Source of the DNA: the human T2T-CHM13v2.0 reference genome, Homo sapiens
DNA: 64,000 nucleotides
Direction: 5' to 3' (one strand)
NCBI RefSeq assembly: GCF_009914755.1
Contig: NC_060947.1
The translations under genes were made by a program, and so were the position numbers. Of the stretch, positions 37,528-64,000 are shown piece after piece; the first letter of the stretch is position 1; each line of letters opens with the position of its first letter. The notes beneath the pieces are model-generated. The model saw nothing but the letters and a program-made list of their open reading frames with translations, was not told the origin of the DNA and did no database searches.

Positions 37528-40500
37528 AAGAAGACACGTTGAAATGATGCAGGCTGCTCCTATGTTGGAAATTTGTTCATTAAAATTCTCCCAATAAAGC
37601 TTTACAGCCTTCTGCAAAGAAGTCTTGCGCATCTTTTGTGAAGTTCATTTCTAGCTTTTTGATGCTGTGAAATATGTATCATTCTTTGAAATCGTGTATT
37701 GTAACTCTCTGAGCTGGTATGTAGAGACATCGTTCTTTTTTTTTTCTTTCTTTCTTTGTCCTCTTTTGAGACGGAGTCTTGCTCTGTCGCCCAGGCTGGA
37801 GTGCAGTGGCACGATCTCTGCTCACTGCAACCCCGCCTCCCGGATTCAAGCAATTGTCTGCCTCAGCCTCCCGAGTAGCTGGGATTATAGGCACCCACCA
37901 GCACGCCTGGCTAAGTTTTGTGTTTTTACTAGAGATGGGCTTTCGCCATCTTGGCCGGGGTGCTCTTGAACTCCTGACCTCGTGATTCACCTGCCTTGGC
38001 CTCCCAAAGTGCTGGGATTACAGGCATGAGCCTCCGCGCCCGGTGGAGACATAATTCTTACATATTGGTTTTCTATCCAGCGGCCTTGTGAAATATGCTT
38101 GTGAATTCTAAAGTTTACTTCTAGGTCGTTTTCAGTCTTCAATATACAGAAACATATCATCCTGGAATAAGAGCAGTTTTGTTTCCGCCATATTTTTTTC
38201 TTTTCCCTTTTGTATTTTTTTGTAGAGACGGGGTTTTGCCATGTTTCCCGGGCTGTTGTTGAACTTTTGAGTGCAAGTGATGCACCCACCTCACCTCCCA
38301 CAGTGCTGGGATTACTGGCGTGGGCCACCGTGGCGGGCCCGTCGTTGCCATTGTAAAGAGTTTTATTTCCTTTTCTGATTTTATGGCATTGCGCAGACCC
38401 ACCCGTTACAATGGTGACAGTGGACATCCTTGTCTTATCCCTGATGAGAAACCGAAAAATTTCAACATTTCACCATCCTATTCACTCTCCTTTTTTTGTA
38501 GACGGACTTTATCAGAGTGAGTCATTGCATTCTGTTCCAAATTTGCTGAGAGTATTCATTTGAATATATGTTGATTTTCATCAAACAGTGCATCTATTTC
38601 GATTACCACAGCGTTTTTTCCCATTCATGTGTTAATATAGTGAATTCGATTGATAAATTTGTACGTTTTTAGGTTCGATTATTAAAACTTGAGACAGCGT
38701 CTCACTCTGTCACCGAGGCTGGAGTGCGGTGGTGTTATCAGAGCTCGCTGCAGCCTTGACCTCCTGGGCTCAAGGGCGCCTCCCACCTCAGCCTCCTGAG
38801 GAGCTGTGAGTATAGGTACATGCCACCATGCCCAGCTAATTTTTCGATGGTTTTTTGTTTGTTTTTTGTAGTGATGAGATTTTCTGATGTTGCTTAGGCT
38901 GGTCTCGAAGTCCTGAGCTCAGGTGATCTGGCCAGCTCAGCCTCCCAAAATACTAGGATTACAGGCGTGAGCCTTGGCCTGGTCTGGTTTTTCTTATATA
39001 GGGGTCTTATCTATATAAAGACTAAAGTTAATCTGTGCCTTTGTGCGGGTGGGCTAAGAGCATGATGACTTTTATCATTCTATTGATTTAAAGAAAACTG
39101 TCCTTGACTTACCAGTGTGTAAGTCCATGAAAGCATAATTCTGTTGAAAGCATATATTGTTAATGGGTGTTGGGAACCGTGCACTTTCCGCTGCTGTGGG
39201 AGCATGTCCTTGGAGGTACCTTTCATCTGTTTTCTCAACTCCAAACATCTTAGGACCATGGGTTGTGACTGGTAGGACTATGTATCTTGCTGCTTTCAAG
39301 ACGGAGTATATTTTCACGTGGTGTCACTCTGGCTGTCCTGTTTCCCTAATACTGTCACTTCACCCTCTGCGATTCTGATGCTACAAATGATAGATATCGT
39401 TTTAGCATTTTCTTACGGGTCCTAGCGATTCTATTCATTTTTCTTTCAGTCTCTTTCTCTGACTTGTTCACATTGAACAATTTCCTTTTGGGATAGGTTG
39501 CTATTTCTGTTTTCGCAGGTGGTTTACCTGTCTTCCCAGCCAGTCACAGTGGTCCTTGTCCCCATGGTGGGTCCGGGGCAAGAGAGGGCCCTGGGTTGGG
39601 GGTGGGGTTCAGTTGAAGATGGGGTGAGTTTTGAGGGGAGCACTACTTGAGTCCCAGAGGCATAGGAAACAGCAGAGGGAGGTGGGATTCCCTTATCCTC
39701 AATGAGGATGGGCATGGAGGGTTTGGGGCGTGGCGCTGGGAACGGCAGCCCTCCCCAGCCCACAGCCGCGCATGCTCCCTGGGCTCCCGCCTCAGTGCGC
39801 ATGTTCACTGGGCGTCTTCTGCCCGGCCCCTTCGCCCACGTGAAGAACGCCAGGGAGCTGTGAGGCAGTGCTGTGTGGTTCCTGCCGTCCGGACTCTTTT
39901 TCCTCTACTGAGATTCATCTGGTAGGTGTGCAGGCCAGTCATCCCGGGGGCTGAAGTGTGAGTGAGGGTGGAGAGGGCCTCGGGTGGGTCAGGCGGGTCC
40001 CGCTTCCTGGTCTGTGGCCTCCGAGGGAGAAGGGCCACGAGGTCGTCCTCCTTCCCTTCACAGGCTGCGAGGCCACCGGCGGCTTCGTGGTCGTGAAGGG
40101 GCCTGGACGGGGAGGAAGGTGGGCCGTGGAGGGGAGGCGGTCAGGGGCTCAGGTGAAGACGGGGTGAGTGCTGTTGGGGGGATGGAAGTCCCGAGGTGCC
40201 GGGATCCCCGACGACACAGGGCAGATTCCCTGAATGGGGCCCCCGGCGGGGGCGAGGCAGGCGGTGAAGAAGGGGCCTGGCACCTGGGAAGGCTGGGGCC
40301 TGGCGAGCCCCCCCCCAGCGGTGTGGAGTGCGGAGCGCCCGAGTGAGAAGCACTGCAAGGTCTCACCTCCGCCATGGAAGGTCCGAAAACAGTGGGAAGG
40401 AGTGGGCGAGGCAGTGCGGTCCAACCAAACTTGTTGTGAGGGGGGGTGAATGGCTCTAGGAAGTGGGAGTGTGCCCAAAGCAGCAATCACGAGAATTGTG

Positions 40501-40968
40501 ATTCACTAGGGTTTTCGTGGGGAGTGCACTTGTGAAACTAAACCTCATCAGAAATGACCTCTGTCTGCGGGGCGCAGTGGCGCTCGCCTACGTAGTCCCA
40601 GTTACTGGGGACACTGAGGTGGGAGGATCCCTTGAGCAGGAGGTCGAGGCTGCAGTGAGCTGTGATCACGCCGCTGCACTCCAGCCTGAGCAACACAGCG
40701 AGACCGCGTGTCCAAAAGAAATTTAGAAAAAAATGTCCTCTGCCTTTTGCCACACGCCTTAAGATGATTGCTCTGCCAGCCTGGCCAGCAGAAGTGGCTT
40801 TGTAGGCACTCAGACAGCGTACACACGTATGCTTAACTCTGGGACTTATCTTGAGAGTATTTTCAAAAGTAAAACGGCAAGTTTACATTTATCCATGGAA
40901 GTGATCGAATATAGCAGCCCTGTGGAGCGCACGTTCCCAATCACGGTTGTCTGTTTTCAGTGTGAAAT

Positions 40969-47046
<6,078 letters not shown>

Positions 47047-50000
47047 AAGAAGGCACGTTGAAATGATGCAGGCTGCTCCTATGTTGGAAATTTGTTCATT
47101 AAAATTCTCCCAATAAAGCTTTACAGCCTTCTGCAAAGAAGTCTTGCGCATCTTTTGTGAAGTTTATTTCTAGCTTTTTGATGCTGTGAAATATGTATCA
47201 TTCTTTGAAATCGTGTATTGTAACTCTCTGAGCTGGTATGTAGAGACATCGTTCTTTTTTTTTTTCTTTCTTTCTTTGTCCTCTTTTGAGACGGAGTCTT
47301 GCTCTGTCGCCCAGGCTGGAGTGCAGTGGCGCGATCTCTGCTCACTGCAACCCCGCCTCCCGGATTCAAGCAATTGTCTGCCTCAGCCTCCCGAGTAGCT
47401 GGGATTATAGGCACCCACCAGCACGCCTGGCTAAGTTTTGTGTTTTTACTAGAGATGGGCTTTCGCCATCTTGGCCGGGGTGCTCTTGAACTCCTGACCT
47501 CGTGATTCACCTGCCTTGGCCTCCCAAAGTGCTGGGATTACAGGCATGAGCCTCCGCGCCCGGTGGAGACATAATTCTTACATATTGGTTTTCTATCCAG
47601 CGGCCTTGTGAAATATGCTTGTGAATTCTAAAGTTTACTTCTAGGTCGTTTTCAGTCTTCAATATACAGAAACATATCATCCTGGAATAAGAGCAGTTTT
47701 GTTTCCGCCATTTTTTTTTCTTTTTCCTTTTGTATTTTTTTGTAGAGACGGGGTTTTGCCATGTTTCCCGGGCTGTTGTTGAACTTTTGAGTGCAAGTGA
47801 TGCACCCACGTCACCTCCCACAGTGCTGGGATTACTGGCGTGGGCCACCGTGGCGGGCCCGTCGTTGCCATTGTAAAGAGTTTTATTTCCTTTTCTGATT
47901 TTATGGCATTGCGCAGACCCACCCGTTACAATGGTGACAGTGGACATCCTTGTCTTATCCCTGATGAGAAACCGAAAAATTTCAACATTTCGCCATCCTA
48001 TTCACTCTCCTTTTTTTGTAGACGGACTTTATCAGAGTGAGTCATTGCATTCTGTTCCAAATTTGCTGAGAGTATTCATTTGAATATATGTTGATTTTCA
48101 TCAAACAGTGCATCTATTTCGATTACCACAGCGTTTTTTCCCATTCATGGGTTAATATAGTGAATTCGATTGATAAATTTGTACGTTTTTAGGTTCGATT
48201 ATTAAAACTTGAGACAGCGTCTCACTCTGTCACCGAGGCTGGAGTGCGGTGGTGTTATCAGAGCTCGCTGCAGCCTTGACCTCCTGGGCTCAAGCGCTCC
48301 TCCCACCTCAGCCTCCTGAGTAGCTGTGAGTATAGGTACATGCCACCATGCCCAGCTAATTTTTCGATGGTTTTTTTGTTTGTTTTTTGTAGTGATGAGA
48401 TTTTCTGATGTTGCTTAGGCTGGTCTCGAAGTCCTGAGCTCAGGTGATCTGGCCAGCTCAGCCTCCCAAAATACTAGGATTACAGGCGTGAGCCTTGGCC
48501 TGGTCTGGTTTTTCTTATATAGGGGTCTTATCTATATAAAGACTAAAGTTAATCTGTGCCTTTGTGCGGGTGGGCTAAGAGCATGATGACTTTTATCATT
48601 CTATTGATTTAAAGAAAACTGTCCTTGACTTACCAGTGTGTAAGTCCATGAAAGCATAATTCTGTTGAAAGCATATATTGTTAATGGGTGTTGGGAACCG
48701 TGCACTTTCCGCTGCTGTGGGAGCATGTCCTTGGAGGTACCTTTCATCTGTTTTCTCAACTCCAAACATCTTAGGACCATGGGTTGTGACTGGTAGGACT
48801 ATGTATCTTGCTGCTTTCAAGACGGAGTATATTTTCACGTGGTGTCACTCTGGCTGTCCTGTTTCCCTAATACTGTCACTTCACCCTCTGCGATTCTGAT
48901 GCTACAAATGATAGATATCGTTTTAGCATTTTCTTACGGGTCCTAGCGATTCTATTCATTTTTCTTTCAGTCTCTTTCTCTGACTTGTTCACATTGAACA
49001 ATTTCCTTTTGGGATAGGTTGCTATTTCTGTTTTCGCAGGTGGTTTACCTGTCTTCCCAGCCAGTCACAGTGGTCCTTGTCCCCATGGTGGGTCCGGGGC
49101 AAGAGAGGGCCCTGGGTTGGGGGTGGGGTTCAGTTGAAGATGGGGTGAGTTTTGAGGGGAGCACTACTTGAGTCCCAGAGGCATAGGAAACAGCAGAGGG
49201 AGGTGGGATTCCCTTATCCTCAATGAGGATGGGCATGGAGGGTTTGGGGCGTGGCGCTGGGAACGGCAGCCCTCCCCAGCCCACAGCCGCGCATGCTCCC
49301 TGGGCTCCCGCCTCAGTGCGCATGTTCACTGGGCGTCTTCTGCCCGGCCCCTTCGCCCACGTGAAGAACGCCAGGGAGCTGTGAGGCAGTGCTGTGTGGT
49401 TCCTGCCGTCCGGACTCTTTTTCCTCTACTGAGATTCATCTGGTAGGTGTGCAGGCCAGTCATCCCGGGGGCTGAAGTGTGAGTGAGGGTGGAGAGGGCC
49501 TCGGGTGGGTCAGGCGGGTCCCGCTTCCTGGTCTGTGGCCTCCGAGGGAGAAGGGCCACGAGGTCGTCCTCCTTCCCTTCACAGGCTGCGAGGCCACCGG
49601 CGGCTTCGTGGTCGTGAAGGGGCCTGGACGGGGAGGAAGGTGGGCCGTGGAGGGGAGGCGGTCAGGGGCTCAGGTGAAGACGGGGTGAGTGCTGTTGGGG
49701 GGATGGAAGTCCCGAGGTGCCGGGATCCCCGACGACACAGGGCAGATTCCCTGAATGGGGCCCCCGGCGGGGGCGAGGCAGGCGGTGAAGAAGGGGCCTG
49801 GCACCTGGGAAGGCTGGGGCCTGGCGAGCCCCCCCCCAGCGGTGTGGAGTGCGGAGCGCCCGAGTGAGAAGCACTGCAAGGTCTCACCTCCGCCATGGAA
49901 GGTCCGAAAACAGTGGGAAGGAGTGGGCGAGGCAGTGCGGTCCAACCAAACTTGTTGTGAGGGGGGGTGAATGGCTCTAGGAAGTGGGAGTGTGCCCAAC

Positions 50001-50489
50001 GCAGCAATCACGAGAATTGTGATTCACTAGGGTTTTCGTGGGGAGTGCACTTGTGAAACTAAACCTCATCAGAAATGACCTCTGTCTGCGGGGCGCAGTG
50101 GCGCTCGCCTACGTAGTCCCAGTTACTGGGGACACTGAGGTGGGAGGATCCCTTGAGCGGGAGGTCGAGGCTGCAGTGAGCTGTGATCACGCCGCTGCAC
50201 TCCAGCCTGAGCAACACAGCGAGACCGCGTGTCCAAAAGAAATTTAGAAAAAAATGTCCTCTGCCTTTTGCCACACGCCTTAAGATGATTGCTCTGCCAG
50301 CCTGGCCAGCAGAAGTGGCTTTGTAGGCACTCAGACAGCGTACACACGTATGCTTAACTCTGGGACTTATCTTGAGAGTATTTTCAAAAGTAAAACGGCA
50401 AGTTTACATTTATCCATGGAAGTGATCGAATATAGCAGCCCTGTGGAGCGCACGTTCCCAATCACGGTTGTCTGTTTTCAGTGTGAAAT

Positions 50490-56566
<6,077 letters not shown>

Positions 56567-59500
56567 AAGAAGACACGTTGAAATGATGCAGGCTGCTCCT
56601 ATGTTGGAAATTTGTTCATTAAAATTCTCCCAATAAAGCTTTACAGCCTTCTGCAAAGAAGTCTTGCGCATCTTTTGTGAAGTTCATTTCTAGCTTTTTG
56701 ATGCTGTGAAATATGTATCATTCTTTGAAATCGTGTATTGTAACTCTCTGAGCTGGTATGTAGAGACATCGTTCTTTTTTTTTTCTTTCTTTCTTTGTCC
56801 TCTTTTGAGACGGAGTCTTGCTCTGTCGCCCAGGCTGGAGTGCAGTGGCACGATCTCTGCTCACTGCAACCCCGCCTCCCGGATTCAAGCAATTGTCTGC
56901 CTCAGCCTCCCGAGTAGCTGGGATTATAGGCACCCACCAGCACGCCTGGCTAAGTTTTGTGTTTTTACTAGAGATGGGCTTTCGCCATCTTGGCCGGGGT
57001 GCTCTTGAACTCCTGACCTCGTGATTCACCTGCCTTGGCCTCCCAAAGTGCTGGGATTACAGGCATGAGCCTCCGCGCCCGGTGGAGACATAATTCTTAC
57101 ATATTGGTTTTCTATCCAGCGGCCTTGTGAAATATGCTTGTGAATTCTAAAGTTTACTTCTAGGTCGTTTTCAGTCTTCAATATACAGAAACATATCATC
57201 CTGGAATAAGAGCAGTTTTGTTTCCGCCATATTTTTTTCTTTTCCCTTTTGTATTTTTTTGTAGAGACGGGGTTTTGCCATGTTTCCCGGGCTGTTGTTG
57301 AACTTTTGAGTGCAAGTGATGCACCCACGTCACCTCCCACAGTGCTGGGATTACTGGCGTGGGCCACCGTGGCGGGCCCGTCGTTGCCATTGTAAAGAGT
57401 TTTATTTCCTTTTCTGATTTTATGGCATTGCGCAGACCCACCCGTTACAATGGTGACAGTGGACATCCTTGTCTTATCCCTGATGAGAAACCGAAAAATT
57501 TCAACATTTCACCATCCTATTCACTCTCCTTTTTTTGTAGACGGACTTTATCAGAGTGAGTCATTGCATTCTGTTCCAAATTTGCTGAGAGTATTCATTT
57601 GAATATATGTTGATTTTCATCAAACAGTGCATCTATTTCGATTACCACAGCGTTTTTTCCCATTCATGTGTTAATATAGTGAATTCGATTGATAAATTTG
57701 TACGTTTTTAGGTTCGATTATTAAAACTTGAGACAGCGTCTCACTCTGTCACCGAGGCTGGAGTGCGGTGGTGTTATCAGAGCTCGCTGCAGCCTTGACC
57801 TCCTGGGCTCAAGGGCGCCTCCCACCTCAGCCTCCTGAGGAGCTGTGAGTATAGGTACATGCCACCATGCCCAGCTAATTTTTCGATGGTTTTTTGTTTG
57901 TTTTTTGTAGTGATGAGATTTTCTGATGTTGCTTAGGCTGGTCTCGAAGTCCTGAGCTCAGGTGATCTGGCCAGCTCAGCCTCCCAAAATACTAGGATTA
58001 CAGGCGTGAGCCTTGGCCTGGTCTGGTTTTTCTTATATAGGGGTCTTATCTATATAAAGACTAAAGTTAATCTGTGCCTTTGTGCGGGTGGGCTAAGAGC
58101 ATGATGACTTTTATCATTCTATTGATTTAAAGAAAACTGTCCTTGACTTACCAGTGTGTAAGTCCATGAAAGCATAATTCTGTTGAAAGCATATATTGTT
58201 AATGGGTGTTGGGAACCGTGCACTTTCCGCTGCTGTGGGAGCATGTCCTTGGAGGTACCTTTCATCTGTTTTCTCAACTCCAAACATCTTAGGACCATGG
58301 GTTGTGACTGGTAGGACTATGTATCTTGCTGCTTTCAAGACGGAGTATATTTTCACGTGGTGTCACTCTGGCTGTCCTGTTTCCCTAATACTGTCACTTC
58401 ACCCTCTGCGATTCTGATGCTACAAATGATAGATATCGTTTTAGCATTTTCTTACGGGTCCTAGCGATTCTATTCATTTTTCTTTCAGTCTCTTTCTCTG
58501 ACTTGTTCACATTGAACAATTTCCTTTTGGGATAGGTTGCTATTTCTGTTTTCGCAGGTGGTTTACCTGTCTTCCCAGCCAGTCACAGTGGTCCTTGTCC
58601 CCATGGTGGGTCCGGGGCAAGAGAGGGCCCTGGGTTGGGGGTGGGGTTCAGTTGAAGATGGGGTGAGTTTTGAGGGGAGCACTACTTGAGTCCCAGAGGC
58701 ATAGGAAACAGCAGAGGGAGGTGGGATTCCCTTATCCTCAATGAGGATGGGCATGGAGGGTTTGGGGCGTGGCGCTGGGAACAGCAGCCCTCCCCAGCCC
58801 ACAGCCGCGCATGCTCCCTGGGCTCCCGCCTCAGTGCGCATGTTCACTGGGCGTCTTCTGCCCGGCCCCTTCGCCCACGTGAAGAACGCCAGGGAGCTGT
58901 GAGGCAGTGCTGTGTGGTTCCTGCCGTCCGGACTCTTTTTCCTCTACTGAGATTCATCTGGTAGGTGTGCAGGCCAGTCAGCCCGGGGGCTGAAGTGTGA
59001 GTGAGGGTGGAGAGGGCCTCGGGTGGGTCAGGCGGGTCCCGCTTCCTGGTCTGTGGCCTCCGAGGGAGAAGGGCCACGAGGTCGTCCTCCTTCCGTTCAC
59101 AGGCTGCGAGGCCACCGGCGGCTTCGTGGTCGTGAAGGGGCCTGGACGGGGAGGAAGGTGGGCCGTGGAGGGGAGGCGGTCAGGGGCTCAGGTGAAGACG
59201 GGGTGAGTGCTGTTGGGGGGATGGAAGTCCCGAGGTGCCGGGATCCCCGACGACACAGGGCAGATTCCCTGAATGGGGCCCCCGGCGGGGGCGAGGCAGG
59301 CGGTGAAGAAGGGGCCTGGCACCTGGGAAGGCTGGGGCCTGGCGAGCCCCCCCCCAGCGGTGTGGAGTGCGGAGCGCCCGAGTGAGAAGCACTGCAAGGT
59401 CTCACCTCCGCCATGGAAGGTCCGAAAACAGTGGGAAGGAGTGGGCGAGGCAGTGCGGTCCAACCAAACTTGTTGTGAGGGGGGGTGAATGGCTCTAGGA

Positions 59501-60007
59501 AGTGGGAGTGTGCCCAAAGCAGCAATCACGAGAATTGTGATTCACTAGGGTTTTCGTGGGGAGTGCACTTGTGAAACTAAACCTCATCAGAAATGACCTC
59601 TGTCTGCGGGGCGCAGTGGCGCTCGCCTACGTATTCCCAGTTACTGGGGACACTGAGGTGGGAGGATCCCTTGAGCGGGAGGTCGAGGCTGCAGTGAGCT
59701 GTGATCACGCCGCTGCACTCCAGCCTGAGCAACACAGCGAGACCGCGTGTCCAAAAGAAATTTAGAAAAAAATGTCCTCTGCCTTTTGCCACACGCCTTA
59801 AGATGATTGCTCTGCCAGCCTGGCCAGCAGAAGTGGCTTTGTAGGCACTCAGACAGCGTACACACGTATGCTTAACTCTGGGACTTATCTTGAGAGTATT
59901 TTCAAAAGTAAAACGGCAAGTTTACATTTATCCATGGAAGTGATCGAATATAGCAGCCCTGTGGAGCGCACGTTCCCAATCACGGTTGTCTGTTTTCAGT
60001 GTGAAAT

Positions 60008-63621
<3,614 letters not shown>

Positions 63622-64000
63622 GTAGGCAATCCATTAGGCATGCACATTGTAGGGTGTCTGTTTCCACAGTATCATATTGTAACTCTTACTATGTTTTTGA
63701 GACGGAGTCTCGCTCTGAAGACCAGGCTGGAGTGCAGTGGTGCCATCTCGGCTCACTGGAAATTCTGTCTCCAGGGTTCAAGTGATTCTCCTGCCTGAGC
63801 CTCTGGCGGAGCCGCGGTTACAGGCGTGCTCCGCCGTGCCCAGCTAATTGTTGTATTTTTAGTAGAGACAGGGTTTCGTTATGTTGCACAGGTTGTTCCC
63901 GAACTCCTGACCTCAGGTGATCCACCTGCCTCGACCATTGAAATTGCCGGGATTACAGGCGAGAGCCACTGTGCCAGACCCAGCATTATATTTTTAGTAA

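Overview
Human-like (Alu/L1-rich) genomic DNA made up entirely of a head-to-tail tandem array of ~9.52-9.55 kb units (6.7 copies, nearly identical by eye). Each unit carries one 5-exon, + strand GAGE cancer/testis antigen gene, so this is the GAGE cluster (Xp11.23 by established knowledge). Six complete genes splice to a 116-aa GAGE2-type protein ([16 protein letters not shown]...PEEGEKQSQC); the seventh is cut by the window end after exon 4. Nearly all ORF-track entries are Alu, L1 or microsatellite noise. The most informative structures are: (i) a young 5'-truncated L1 with a 13-bp target-site duplication that splits an Alu-derived cryptic exon matching the GAGE1-specific C-terminus; (ii) paralog variants shared in patchwork fashion, pointing to unequal crossover and gene conversion; (iii) apparent gain of CpGs in repeats relative to consensus; (iv) a duplicated exon-like module flanking the promoter; (v) the antisense strand of exon 1 reading MNLSRGK, the reported GAGE3 N-terminus; (vi) a last unit diverging toward a possible GAGE1-type terminal copy. 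I found no evidence of a wholly new biological system. Family and consensus comparisons are from memory and need database confirmation.
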